Source: the human T2T-CHM13v2.0 reference genome, Homo sapiens. Taken from it: 64,000 bases of DNA. Numbering within the stretch: position 1 is the first letter of the stretch; each line of letters opens with the position of its first letter. Positions 45,361-59,169 of the stretch are shown here, piece by piece. The notes beneath the pieces were generated by a model. The model was not told the origin of the DNA. It saw only the letters and a program-made list of their open reading frames with translations, and ran no database searches. Both the position numbers and the translations under genes were made by a program. The stretch is from assembly GCF_009914755.1 (NCBI RefSeq), contig NC_060926.1; one strand, 5' to 3'.

Positions 45361-45545
45361 CTAAAGTCCAGGAAGAGACGGACCATGCAGTTGGCAGACA
45401 CTGGAGGCCCTGCATGCAGGACAGGAGCCACATGCCCTACACAGAAGCCATGGTGCATGAGGTCCAGAGACACTGACCTCACCCCACCAATGTGCCCCAT
45501 GCACTGACCTCTGACATTAAATTTAGAAACTACCTCCTCCCCAAG
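45361..45545 (+). pseudogene. CYP2C56P: Solo cytochrome P450 2C exon 7 pseudo-exon (J/K helix, ExxR) with intronic flanks
   Basis: Translates [60 protein letters not shown], matching CYP2C exon 7. Donor AAG|gtaagc is intact, the acceptor is mutated (tcAT), and there is an in-frame TGA at 45474-45476. The family and exon call is firm; the symbol is from memory of the solo-exon-7 pseudogene on 2q24 and is less certain. Confidence 0.88.
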
Positions 45546-45798
45546 GTAAGCTTGTTTCTCCTAGACTGTGCGTCTATGCTCTTGATGTCCCCAAATTCAC
45601 AGTATTGTTTCAATTCTCTAGCAACACAAGATGAGAGAAATGCAGAACTCACACATGTGGCAGCTCAATGGACTCTGCTGTTTCCAGTTTGGGGCTACAA
45701 AGCTTTATAACAGGTTTTAGTATCTGACAATATGTGTCTTTCCATTATTTTCTGCTTCTTTAATAATATTTTGGCTACTCTTAAGTGTTTATATTTCC

Positions 45799-46107
45799 TT
45801 TTACCTTTTTTTTTTAAAGAACAGCGTCTCACTCTGTTGCCCAGGCTGGACTGCAGTGGTGCCATCAAAGCTCACTGCAGCCTTGAACTCCTGGACTAAA
45901 CCATCCCTCCCACCTCAGCCTCATGAGCAGCTGGGACTATAAGCATGCCACCCTGACTGTCTAATTTTTTTTTTAATTTTGTAGAGACACAGTCTTGGCT
46001 GTGTTGCTCAGGCTGGTGTCAAACTCCTGGCCCCAAGTGTTCCTCCTGCCTCAGCCTCCCAAAGTGCTGGGATTATAACATAGAGGTGTGAGCCCCTACA
46101 CCCGGCC
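45799..46107 (-). mobile_element. AluJ
   Basis: gctcactgcagccttgaactcctgg...; TSD ta(a/t)gtgttta(t/c)atttcc at 45782-45798 and 46108-46124. Confidence 0.9.
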
Positions 46108-46429
46108 TATGTGTTTACATTTCCAAATAAATGTTGAAAGTATTATTTTGTCAATTTTCCAAACACTGTGCTAGAATTTTTGTCAGGGTGACATTAAATC
46201 TATAGATCAATTTGGAAATAATTGATGTCTTCAAATGTTGAATCTTTCAATCCATGGATATGATTATGCTCTTAATTTATTTGGGCTTTCTTCTATTTTT
46301 TCATTAATATTTTGTTTTCAGTGCAATGGCTTGCAGATGGACTACATTTCTTCCTAACTAAATGATACTTTTGATGTTACTGTAAATTGTGTGTGTGTTT
46401 GTGTGTGTGCGTGTGTCTGTGTGTGTGTG

Positions 46430-46540
46430 TTAAGATGAGGTCTTGCTATGTTGCTCAGGCTGGTCTCCCAGGCTCAAGATATCCTTCCTCCTCAGCCTTC
46501 TAAAAAGCTGGGATTATAGATGTGTGCCACTGTGCCCAAC
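46430..46540 (-). mobile_element. FLAM/Alu left monomer with (CA)n tail
   Basis: gatgaggtcttgctatgttgctcaggctggtctc...gctgggattatagatgtgtgccactgtgccca, preceded by (TG)n. Confidence 0.8.
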
Positions 46541-46831
46541 TTTTAAATACTATACTTTTAAAAGTGCCTGTTTCATTTCTTTGTTTTTGATACATGGAAA
46601 TATAATTGACTTTATTATTTTGATGACTTTAGCAAATTTGCTAAATTTACTTATTGTTTATTATTTCTATGTAGATTTATTAGTAATTTCTACGTACAAT
46701 TCTGGGATCTGATTTAATTAATATTTTTTCTTATTTCCAATTCTTATAACTTAATTTTCCCTTTATTGCATCATTTCACTGGTAAAGAAGATTTCCGGGA
46801 CAGCATTGAGTAGATCATGATAGCAGGCATT

Positions 46832-46942
46832 CTTTCTTTTCTTTTTTTTTTTTCTGAGACAGGGTGTCACTGTGTCACCCAGGCTGGAGTGCAGTGGTGC
46901 AATGTTGGCACGCTGCAACCTCCACCTCCCAGTCTCAAGCAC
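46832..46942 (-). mobile_element. Truncated Alu right arm
   Basis: (T)n gagacagggtgtcactgtgtcacccaggctggagtgcagtgg...ctcaagc, then stops abruptly. Confidence 0.85.
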
Positions 46943-47279
46943 CTACTACATCCTTTCAAAGTTGGATATGAGCACAGTCAAAAATTAACTGCAGCTGTCA
47001 GCTGAGCTCTATGAGGTTCTCCCATCTTTAGAATCCTGAGAACAACATTTGTCTCAGCAGCCTTCCAATGCCTCCTAACTCATGGTTTCTGTGTTTATTC
47101 ATACTTTCTAGTTGCTATGCTATCAAACAAGCTACTCCCTTCCACTTGAAGTAATCACATATTACTATTATGTAAAAAATAATATAACTAAAAATTTAAC
47201 TTTGAGGGAAAAAAAGGATTGGAGTTTGTTAAGATTGAACTTAGTACTGCTCTCTTCCAGGGAAGAAGCAATTCAGAGT

Positions 47280-47425
47280 ATCTGCCATGTGGCAGCCACT
47301 AGCCACAGCTGTCTATTGAGTACCTGCAATTTGATAAATGTGAATGAGGAATTTAAAGTTTTAACTATTTTAAATTTAAATATAAATAACTATGGATCAC
47401 TTATGGCTACTATGCTGGACAATAA
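47280..47425. mobile_element. MER3-like hAT-Charlie DNA transposon remnant
   Basis: gcagccactagccacagctgtctattgagtacctgcaat...tggctactatgctggaca. Confidence 0.72.
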
Positions 47426-50400
47426 AATGTAAGGGGTTTCTCTTTCTCCCCCCCCAATAATACGGGGTTAAAAATTTCTCATTCTCGATGATGCAATACT
47501 AAAAGCCTGACTAATTAAAAACAACTTAAGTTGGATATAATTTCATTTGGTAACTAAAACTTTACTTGAACTAAGTGAATATATTTGTATCCCTTATTTG
47601 TCACACGTTGTGTAAATATTAAATATTAATGTTTTGCTAAATAAATTTCAATATGTCTCATATGACACCCCCTACATTGTTGGGAGCATTATAAAATCTA
47701 CAACAACTACATGACAATCTTCCTAAAATGAGTATGTGTGTAGATATATAGTACACATATAACATATGTAAATGCGTATATATCTACATTTTAATCTGTA
47801 TATTCATCTAGATTTATCTATCATTTATCTACCCATCTATATAATCTAATCTGCCATATTGTTTTCCATAGAGGTTATACTAATTTACAGTGTATGAGTG
47901 TTCCCTTTCCTCCACATCCTCACTATACTTGTTGCTTTTTGATGTTCTAATAGTGGCCATTGTGGTTAGTGTGAGATGGGATCTCATAGTGGTTTTAATT
48001 TGCATTTCTCTAATGACTAGTGATGTTGAGCATTTTTTTTGGTTTTTGGCCACATGTATGTCTTCTTTTGAAAATGTCAGTTTATGTCATTTGCTCACTT
48101 TTTATGTCATTTGCTCACTTTTATACGTTTTTTCCTTGTTGAGTTGATTTCCTTGTAGATACTGAATATTAGCCCTTTGTTGGATGCATTGTTTACAAAT
48201 TTTTTTTTCCCATTCTGCATGTTTTCCGTTTACTCTGTTGATTATTTCTTTTGCTGTGAAGAAGCTTTTTAGTTTAATGCAATCTAATTTGTTTATTTTT
48301 GTTTTTGTAGCATTTTGTTTTTGTAGCATAAATTATTTCTCTAGACCAATGTCCAGAAGAGTTTTTCTTAGGTTTTCTTCTATGAGTTTTGTAGTTTCAC
48401 TTCTGACATTTAAGTATTTAATCCACCTTGAGTTAATTTTTGTATATGCTGAGAGACAGGTATACTGTTTCATTCTTCTGCATATGGCTTTCCAATTATT
48501 CCAGCACCATTTATTGAAGAGAGTGTCCTTTTCCCAGTGTATATTTTTGTTGACTTTGTGAAAATCAGCTGGTTGCAGGTAGGTGGCTTTATTTCTACGA
48601 TATGTGTCAATTCTGTTCCAGGTTGATCTATGTGTCTATTTTTATCTTGGTACCATGCTATTTTGGTTACTATAGCCTTTTAGTGTAATTTGAAGTCAAG
48701 TAATATGAAGCCTCCAGTATTATTCTTTTTGCTTATGATGGCTTTGGCTATTTGGGCTCTTTTTGGATTTCATATTAATTTTAGGATTCTTTTAAAATTT
48801 TGTGAAAAATGACATTGGTAGTTTGATAGGAGTTACATTGATTCAGTAGACTGCTTTGGGCAATATGGTCATTTTAGTGTTTATTTATTTTAATACTATT
48901 GATTCGTCTAATCCCTGAGCATGGAATGTCTTTCCATTTATTTCTGTTACATACTATTTCTCTTAGCAGTATTTTGTCGTTATTGGAGAAGACCTTTCAC
49001 CTCCTTGGTTAAATGTATTCCTAAGTATTTTTTTGAGGCTATTGTAAATGATATTGAGTTCTTGATTTGATTCTCACCATAATTGTTATTGGTGTTTAGG
49101 AATGCTACTGATTTTTATATTTTAATTGTGTATCCTGAAAATTTACTGAAGGTATCCGTCAAATCTAGAAGTCTTTTGGAAGAGTCTTTATGGTGTTGTA
49201 AGTATATGATTTATCATCAGTGAACAGAAATAATTTGACTTCCTCTTTTCCAATTTGTTGCTTTTTGTTTTTCTCTTGCCTGATTGCTCTGGCTATGACT
49301 TCTAGTACTATGTTGAATAGGATTGGTGACAGTGAGCATTCTTGTCTTGTCCTGTTTCTTAGGGGGAATGCTTCCAACTCTTCCCCATTTTGCAGTTGTA
49401 GCATAGAATGATCTATAAATATGTGTTAGTTCCATTTGGTCTACAGTTGAATTTTACATTTAGACTTTCTTTTTTGATTTCCTGCCTCAGTGATTTGTCT
49501 AGTGCTGTCAGTGAAGTATTGAAGTCTCCCACTATTATTGTATTAGTACTCGTCTCTTTTCTTAGATCTAGTAATATTCTTTTCATGAATCTCAATGCAC
49601 TCCAATGTTAGGTGCATATATATTTAGAATTGTTACATCTTCTTGTTGAATTGATTCTTTCATCATTATATAATGACATTCTTTGTCTTTTCAAGTTGTT
49701 GCTGATTGAAATCTGTTTAACCTGATATATGTATAGCTACTCCTGTTTGCTTTTGTTTTCTGTTTGCATGGAATATATTTTTTCACCCCTTTACTTTGAG
49801 TCTGTAAATGCCTTCACCAGTTAGGTGGGTTTCTTATATGCTGCATATGGTTGGATCTTGTTTTATTATCCACTCCATCAGCCTGTCTTTTAAGTGGAGC
49901 ATTTAATTCATTTACATTTAAAGTTAGTATTGATGTGTGATTTTTTTCCTGTCATAGTGTTAATTATTACTTAGTTGCTTTGCAGTTTCAATTGCCTAAT
50001 AGTTTTATAAGACCTATCAGTTTTATACTTTCATGTGTTTTTGTGATGGTAAGTACCATCTTTTGGTGTCTATGTTTAGAACTCCTTTGACCATTTCTTG
50101 TAGCCCTGGTCTAGTGGTGATAAATTCCCTTAGTGTTTTTTGGGAAAGATTTTATTCCTCCTTGATTTACAAAGCTTAGTTTTGCAGGACACAGTGTTTT
50201 TAGCTGGGATTTTGTTTTTCCTTGAGAAAACCCCTGCCTCTTTCATCTTATAAGGTTTCAGCTGAGAAGTCCACTGTTAATCTGATAGGATTTCCTTTGT
50301 AGCTTATTATATACTTCTCCCTTGACATTTTAAGACTTTTTTCCTTTATATTGACTTTGGATAATATGATGGCTCTATGTCTTCTTGCTATGAATCTCTG

Positions 50401-50795
50401 AACTTCCTGTATCTGGATGTCTAGTTGTCTAGAAAGACCAGGGAAGTCTTCCTAAATTTTTCCTTCAGATGGGTTTCCCTTGCTTTTTACTTTTTCCTTT
50501 TATCACTCTGAAATACCTATCACTTATAGGTTTGGATGCTTTACATAGTCCCATATCTCTCAAATGCTTTGTTCATTTTATGAAATTATTTTTTCCTTTA
50601 TTTTTGTCCGACTGGATTAATTTGAAAGACTTGTCTTCCAGCTGTGAAATTCTTTCTACTACTTGCTCAAGCCTACTGTTGAAGGTTTAAATTGTATTTT
50701 GCAATTCCTTCAGTGAATTCTTTATTTCCAGAAGTTCTGTTTGCTTTTTAAAAAATAATATCTATCTCTTTTTTCATTTTTGAATTTTTTCCTGA

Positions 50796-51333
<538 letters not shown>

Positions 51334-53329
51334 ATCATTTTGGTTTTTAAAAATCAGTATTTTGAATCCTTTATCTGGTATGTCAAAAAATTCATTTTGG
51401 TTAGGATCTATTGCTGGAGAGTTAATGTGGTCCTTTGGAAATGTAACACTTTTTTTTTCATACATTCAGAATTCTTTATCTGGTTTCTTCTCATCTGGAT
51501 AAGCTATCTCTCCTTCTTATTTCTGAATTTATTTTTATTTGGATGGGATTTTTTCCCCTCTTAAGGATGTGACTGCAATGTGTTTTGGGTACAGTTATTT
51601 GGATTTTGCTCTGGGTGCTCTCAGTGGCAGTCTCTGTATAGGTTCCTTAGTTATATACAGCCTTTTCTGGTGGCTTTCTCAGATGCTGACTGTAATAGAC
51701 ACTGGGCACGTGAGCAAGCTCACTGCTTCCCGCACAGAGAGTTTGTCGGAGGTCTCAGGAAGCTTATCTTGTTCCCCAGTGCTATGCACCTGTGTCAGTA
51801 GATTTTTCTATTGGGTTGCACAGTTCATTCTCCAGGCCAGTGGGTGGCATTGATGGGTAAGAGCCAACTGTAGCCGACACAGATGGATATATGCTTTATC
51901 TTTGTTTGTCATGAGATGCTCTGATGTCTCAGGTCATGGGTTATCCTGTGGAATGCACAGTGGTCTGAGATCCCTGCTCAGTTCCAGAGTGAGGGAACAA
52001 GCTAGGTGGAGCCAGATTAGGTAGGCCTGCCTCTATGTCCCCCAATGGCATAAGCACTGGCTCTAAAGGGGGTCTGGGAGGCAGCCTCCAACCACCTGGG
52101 GATATAGCTAGGCATGAAGTGGAGAAACCCCTTCTGCCGCAACTTCTCTGCCCAGGAAGTGGGGGAAGCCTAGATTTGCAATCTGGAAAAGTGTGTGCTC
52201 CAGATTCCTGGAAATATGTCTGAGCATGGAACAGAGGAGGTGCTGCTGCACCAAGATTTCTGGACCCAAGGGTGGTGTGAATCAGGCCTCTAATCCAGGT
52301 GAACAAGTGTGCTAAATGCTTGAAGTTATGCCCAGGTATGGAGCAGAGAGGATGCCACTGCATGGAGACCTCTCTGCACAGGAATAGACGGGTGATTCAG
52401 GTCCCTAGTACAGCAGGCAGGTACACTGAATGGTTACTATTTTGCCTGGACATGAAGCAGAGGGGGTGCTGCTATACCAAGTTCTTTGCAAGGAAAGGGA
52501 GGTATGGCCCGCAGTCTCAATCCAATGCGCAGAAGTAAGGTCTGCCTCCCTCCCACTCCTTGAAACTAATGGGACACACTCCCTTGACTGACCAAGGGAG
52601 CAGGCTGGGGCACTCAGCAATGAGGTGCAGACCAGCACCATCCCACAAAGCTATTTCTGGCTGAAACTCAGGAGAAACCATGGCTTCAGCAACTTTTCTC
52701 TCATTTCAGTCCAGCTGTTGGAGAGAGCCCAATTCTAACTCCTACTGCTAGGGTGCATTCCACACTTGCCACTCTATTCTGGCTGTGGGAACCCTTCTCC
52801 CACTCTGGAGCAAGCACTCCAATCTCCTTCCAGAGACTGAAAGACCTGTAGCAGCCACTGCTGTTTAGGTCACCAAACAGTGGCTGACTTTGTAGGAACC
52901 TGGATTGAAAATGGTATACTTTTCTCAGTCCTGGGTCTGGGAAAATGCCTGCAGCTTTTCCTGGTTTCTTTCTGTCTCCACTTCTCTCAGCCTCTCCTCA
53001 AGTTAGCTGCAGGGGTTGGGAGAAACAAGATGCCCTCCTGTGGCCTTGGTGGCATGGATCCCCAGTGGAAAAGTGAACCATAGAGGGAGAATCTGCCTCC
53101 TTATATATATATACTGGAGCTTCAATTACTTTTGTCAGCTGAATGCCATCATTCATCCTGCTTGTAAACTTTCTTGTCCCTGGGATCTGGGTGTCCTTCA
53201 CTTTTTGAGTGAGTTCTCATATTTCTTCTTGAATAAAAGCTTACAGTGTCAATCGTAGCATACCATTTTTCTATTTCCAAGTGGACAAAGGCACAATAAA
53301 AACCTCTAGTCTGCCATCTTAGAAAAAAA

Positions 53330-56300
53330 ATTTACTTTTTCTGTCTATTGTTATTTCCATTTTGTTTATACATTGTTTTCTTGACCTTCTTCACATCTTT
53401 TTTTAGCTCCTCGAGCATCTTTAATACAGAAGTTTTAAACTTTTTGTCAGTAGATCTGCCATCAGAATTTTTTCAGGGACAGTTTTTGTTGATTTATTTT
53501 TTTTTTCTTTGAATGAGCCATACTTTCTTGTTTCTTTGTAGGCTTTGTGATGTTTTGTTGAAAACTGAACATTTGAATCTAATAATGTGGTAACTCTGGA
53601 AATCAGATTCCTCTCCTTCCCCTAGGGTTTTCTGTCTTCTGTTGTTGTTTATTTTTTGCTTACTTTATATATTTTTAATTGCGACAGGCTGTCTTTGTGT
53701 GAAAAAAAAAATCCTCAAGTTGTAAATCTAAAGACTTCTAGGTCTTCTCCGAGCCTTTCCTTGGGCATGTATGATCACTTTTTATATTCCCTGTATAAAT
53801 AGTTGTTTTTGAATGTCCTTATCATTAATGCTTGGCTCCCAAAAGGGGCAAAAGATAAAAATAAAGCAGTGGAAGGTATTGGCAGTTAAGGTCCTTTGGA
53901 AATCACTTCACACAGGAGTGGGTCTTACAGCAACGAGAGGAAGTGTAACAACAATGACCACCTACCTCTTTGTCTGTACCTCTGTGATCAAAAAGCAGCA
54001 ATCGGTGACCAGAGCACAGAGATCTGCTATTTGGAGGACACAGTCCTTTCTTTTGCCCACCCTGGCTCCCCCAGGCTGTACACAGCTTGCTTCTGGAAGG
54101 TGTGCTCAGCTGCCTGCAACAGGGCTGGGGGTGGGAGATGAGTAGCTGCTACCATGCTAAAAACTGAGTTGACTGAAAGTAACTGCAGTTTACCACCCAA
54201 GCCTTGCCCTGGAAGTTGCAACTCTTTAATAGACTCCAGAGTTTCAAAGTAGTTACATCAGACCGATTCTACCAGTGTAATAGTTGTCCAGGTGGGAAGA
54301 GAGGTAACTGGTATTTTCTACTTTGCCATATTCTCAGAATCCTTCTCAAGGGTTTTTGTTGTTGTTGGGTTTTTTTTGGTCAATTTTTTTTTTAATTCTT
54401 ACATAGACAATCATATCATCTTGAAACAAAGACAGGTTCATCCCTTCCTCACCAGTCTGTTTACATTTTATTTTCTTGTCTTGTCTATTGGACAAGAACA
54501 AATTGAAGTATGATGCTGAATAGGAATGGTGATAGAAAACATCCTTATCTTGTCCTTGATCACAGAGAGAGAGTATACTGTTTCTCACTAGTAAATATAA
54601 TATTAGAGTAGGATTTTCATGCTTTTTTTAAAAATGAAGTTGAGGAAGTTTCCTGGGAGTTTTTATTATGAATAGGTAATTTTTTTTTCAAATGTTCCTT
54701 TTCATCAATTTGCATGATTATATGATTTTCTTTCTTAGCTTTCTGATGTTATAGATTACACAGATTGATTTTCAAATGTTGAACCAGCCATGTATAACTG
54801 AATAAGTTTCATTTAGTCAGAGTGTATAATTTTTATTGTAAATTTTTTAATTTCATTTGTTCATATTTTGATAAAAAATTATACATCTCTATTCATGTTA
54901 AACAATATTCTAAAGTTTTACTTTCTTGCAATGTCTTTTCCTTAGTTTTGGTATTAAGGTAATGATGGCTTAATAAAATAAGTTAGGAAGTACTTCTTCT
55001 GCTTCCGTTTTCTGGAAGAGATTGTAAATCATTGATATAATTTTTTTTTAAATATTTGCTAGAAATCTCAGTGAAATGATCTGGGCCTAATGATTTCTTG
55101 TTTGGAAGAATATTATTAAATATTGACATAATATCTTTAATAGATATAGGCCTATTTAGATTATCTATTTCTTCTTGTGTGATACTAGGTAGTCTACTTA
55201 AGGAATTGGTCCATTTCATTTAGTTATCATACAGTTGTTCAAAATATCCACTTATTATCCTTTAATTCTCATGGAATCCATAGAGATGACATCACTTTTA
55301 TTTGTGACATTGGTAAATTGTGTCTACTCTCTTTTTACCTTGAGTAAGTTGACTAGAAGTTATATATATGTATATATATGTGTATATATAAATAAAATAT
55401 ATATAAGTGTATAATATATATAATATGTATATATAAATGTATATATAATTTTTCTCCAAAATAACAGGCTTTGGTTTTGTTGACTAACTCCCTTACTTTC
55501 CTGTTTTCAATTCATTGATTGCTGTTCTAATTTTTATCATTTCTTTTCATCTGCTTGATTTAGGCTTCAATTATTCTTACTCTAGCTGCCTAAGATGGAA
55601 CACAGGATATTGACTTTAAGTTTTATTCTTTTCTAATATAAAAATGTAATGCTATGAATTATCTCTAAGCACCCCACAAATTTGATAAATTGTATTTACA
55701 TTTAGTTCAAAATATTTCTTTAATATCTCTTGAAACTTTGTCATTTAGAAGTATATTGTTTAGTAGTATTTAGGGACTTTTTTCCTGCTTTCTCTGTCAT
55801 TAATTTCTAGTTTAATTCCATTGTGTTCTGTGAAAATACTTTTTATCATTTCTATTCTTCTACAGTTAATTAAATGGTTGTCTTCAGTGATCTAGAATGT
55901 GGTCTATCTTGCTGAATATTTTATGTGAGCCTCATAAAATGTATATTCTGCTATTGCTGGATGGAATATTTCATAAAAGATAATTTTTTTAAGAATCTAA
56001 AAGTCAATTGGATCAAATTGATTGATAGTGCTCTTCAGGTCAACAATATCCTTCCTGATTTATTGCCACCTGGATTGATCAAATGCCAATAGAGGGGTCT
56101 CCAACTACAATCACAGATTCATCTATTTTTTGCTTTTGTTCCATTAGTTTTTGCCTCATGTAGCATAATGCTCTATTGTTAGGTGTATACACTTTGAGGA
56201 CTGTTATTCCTCCTTGAAGAATGAACGCCTTTATCACTGTGTAATTCTCCCCTTCATTTCTAATAGTTTTCCTTGGTTAGAGGACTGCTTTGTCTGAAAT

Positions 56301-59090
56301 AAATATTGCTACTCCAGTTTAATTTTACTAGTGTCAGCATTCAATATTTTCTCCATTCCTTTACTTTTAATATTTCCAGTATTTATATGTAAAGTGGGCT
56401 TCTTATAGAAAACATATATTTGGATTTGTTTTGCATTCATTATGATAGTCTCTGTATTCTTAATTTATTCAATAAGACAATTAACATTTAAAGTCATTAT
56501 TGGTATAGTTAGTTTAATATCAACACTGTCAGTAACTATCTCCTCATTGCGCTTATTCTTTCTTATTTTTCCCTTCACTTCCTGACTTCTCTAGTTTTAA
56601 GTGAGCATTTTAACTCTTAATATTTAACTTTAACAAACATTTACCTCTTAATGTATTTATTATACTTGTTTCTGATTTTTTTTTTACTTTCTCTAAGTTT
56701 CCAATGTACATTTTACACTAATTTAAGTCTACTTTCAATTAAACACTATACCATTTCACATGTAGTACAGGTTGACAATATTTCTAATTCCTTTCCGTCA
56801 TTCTTTAAGACATTTCTGTCATTCATTTCATGAATATATATTCTATAATCACCCAATATGTTATTTCTATTTTTACTTTACACAATTACCTTTTAGATCA
56901 ATTAAGAATAGGAAAAGAATTGCTACATTTAATTATTCCTATCTGATACTTTTCTATATGTGGATCTGAGTTTCTGATCCACATCATTTTTTTTTTTTTT
57001 TTTGCCTAAAGAACTCTTAACAATTATTTGTATGGCAGATCTGCTGCCTTACTAAATACTAAATACTAAATTTCTTTAGTTTTGTTTGTCAGAGGAAGAC
57101 TAATATCTACTTCACTTTTGAAGGTCAATTTTGCTAGATATAAAATTCAAGGTTAGTGAATTTTTCTTTCAACCCTTTAAATATTTAAATTTACTTTCTT
57201 CTTGCTTGGCTGGTTTCCGATGAGTTCGCTGTAATTATTATCCTTGTTTCTCTATAGGAACAAGGTGGGTTTTCCCCCCATCTGACTTCTTTCAAGGTTT
57301 TCTCTTTGCCTTTAGTTTGCTATAGTTTGAATACAAGATGTCTTGCTGTGGTTTGGGGGTACTTATGCTCTCTGGTGTTCTCTGAGCTTCCTGGATCTTT
57401 AGCTCCATGTCTGTCATTAATTTTGGAAAATTATTGGCCGAATTCACTTATATATTTTTTTCTGCTTTGTTCTTTCTTTATTCTTCTTCTAGCATTTTAA
57501 TTACATGTAGGTTATACTTAAAAAATTTTTTCCCACAATTCTTAGAGGTTCTGTTATTTATTGTTATCATTATTACGCTATTTTTCTCTGCATTTTAGTC
57601 TGAGAAGTTTCTATTGACCTATCTTTAAGCAGGCTGATTATTTGTCAGCTGTCTCAAGTCTACTGATGAATCCATCAAATACATGTTCATTTCTGTTACA
57701 GTGTTTTTGTTTCTAGCATTTAAAAAAAGTTTTCTTAGAGTTTCTCTTTTCTTTCATTACTCATTTATTCTCACATCTTCTCTATTTTTTCATTAGATCA
57801 CTTAACATGGCAATCATAGTTATTTTAAATTTCTTCTGTGATATGCTTAATGTTTGCTGCAGATATTGGTGCCAAAAAGCTTTAAATTCCTCTAGTGTCC
57901 TTGTTTTCATCTTTCTTGTGTTTGGGCTTCCCTAAGTATTCCTTCTCAAAGAAAGTCTGTGTCTTATAGCTCTTCTATCCAGTGTTATATGGAACCGTTT
58001 TAGTATGATGGTAAGGTGACCAGAAAGGGGAAATGTCGTATAATTTTCTGATTAAATCTAAGTCTTTTAGTAGATCTCTATCTTGGGGCTATTATTTTCA
58101 CAAATGTTTCTCCAGTAGTACAGCTTCTTCTTCTTTACTGCATCATTCTCAATGTATTTCCTTGAAGTCCTGACACCTATTGTTTGCTTCTTCCTTAGTC
58201 AAGAAAAGAAGACAAGAATGGAATGGAGTGTGAGAAATGCCCTTCTCCTATATGTGGTAATGCTGTGGTAAAGTCATTTTCCTTGAAGATTAGTCCTTTA
58301 TTATGTAGGATCTTCAAGATGTATTTCATAATTATTACTAACTTTTTCATCTTTTAGCTGTAATAATTCACTGATATCATACAAATGTCCTGTTGGTATG
58401 GTGGCAAGGTATGGGGGAACTTAAGCAGTCTATAATCTTAAGATGAAATCTCTGTGTTTTAATGATTCTGTGTTTCTTACTGTGACCCTCACCAGTGCTT
58501 CTCCAGTGATGTAGATTTTTTTCCCAGCACAGGTGAGACAGAAAGACTAGTGGGGCTGGAGAAATGCCCTTCCCTAGCTGAAATAAGTTCCTCATTAAGT
58601 CTTCTTCCCTAAAGAGTAGGCCTTTGTTATGGAGAATAATCAGGTTGCATTCCACAGTGACTATGACTTCCCTGCTCCTACTGTAACTATGAGGGAACAT
58701 TTCTCAGATCTTCACCCTCAGGAGCTGGTAGAGGTTTTGGAGGTAAAAACTCATGAAATTGTGGGGTCTCCCCGAAGAGTACCTCCGCAAAGAATTTCTC
58801 ATTCTCATTCTAGTCCATATTTATACTACAGAAATTCATCAAAATTGCTATTTCATTGTTCCTAACAGTTATGACTCCTGCATCTTCTGCTTCAGATACA
58901 TTTCAGGTGTGGCTCTCTGGATTCCCTTATCACTTCAGATTTTGAGACACAAATTTGCCCTGCAAATCTAGTTCTCTAACGGATCTAAGAAAGTCTTTGA
59001 TTTTCAGTTTGTTCAGCTTTATCTTGTTGTAAGGACAGTAGCAATGAGTTTTAAGCCCTTTACATGTTGAAGCAGAAATCAAAAGCCCAT
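53330..59090 (-). mobile_element. Ancient L1M (L1MD/L1M4/L1ME-type) 5', ORF1 and ORF2 remnants
   Basis: ORF2-like minus peptide TQEEIDNLNRPISIKDI…KKSLGPDHFT (54983..55219); diverged 5'-UTR repeat units at ~57990-58330 and ~58390-58660; 5' terminus ~59088. Confidence 0.72.
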
Positions 59091-59169
59091 GGTTTTCATT
59101 TTTAACATAAACAAGGTGTTAAACTCATGTCTAACAAAAGAAACCGACCAAAAATGTGCACATTAATTT

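Noticed and set aside
45280-45710. Functional cytochrome P450 gene
   Set aside because: Single exon only, acceptor mutated, in-frame stop, and no heme-binding exon in the window.
51540-53320. GC-richer stretch with several ORFs as a possible gene or promoter
   Set aside because: It is the 5' UTR of the minus-strand L1PB; CpGs are decayed and the ORFs have no recognisable motifs.
55341-55450. (TA)-rich tract as a structural element
   Set aside because: Ordinary degenerate AT microsatellite inside an old L1.
57990-58660. Diverged direct repeats of ~300-400 bp
   Set aside because: Consistent with the repeated units in ancient L1M 5' UTRs rather than a locus-specific structure.
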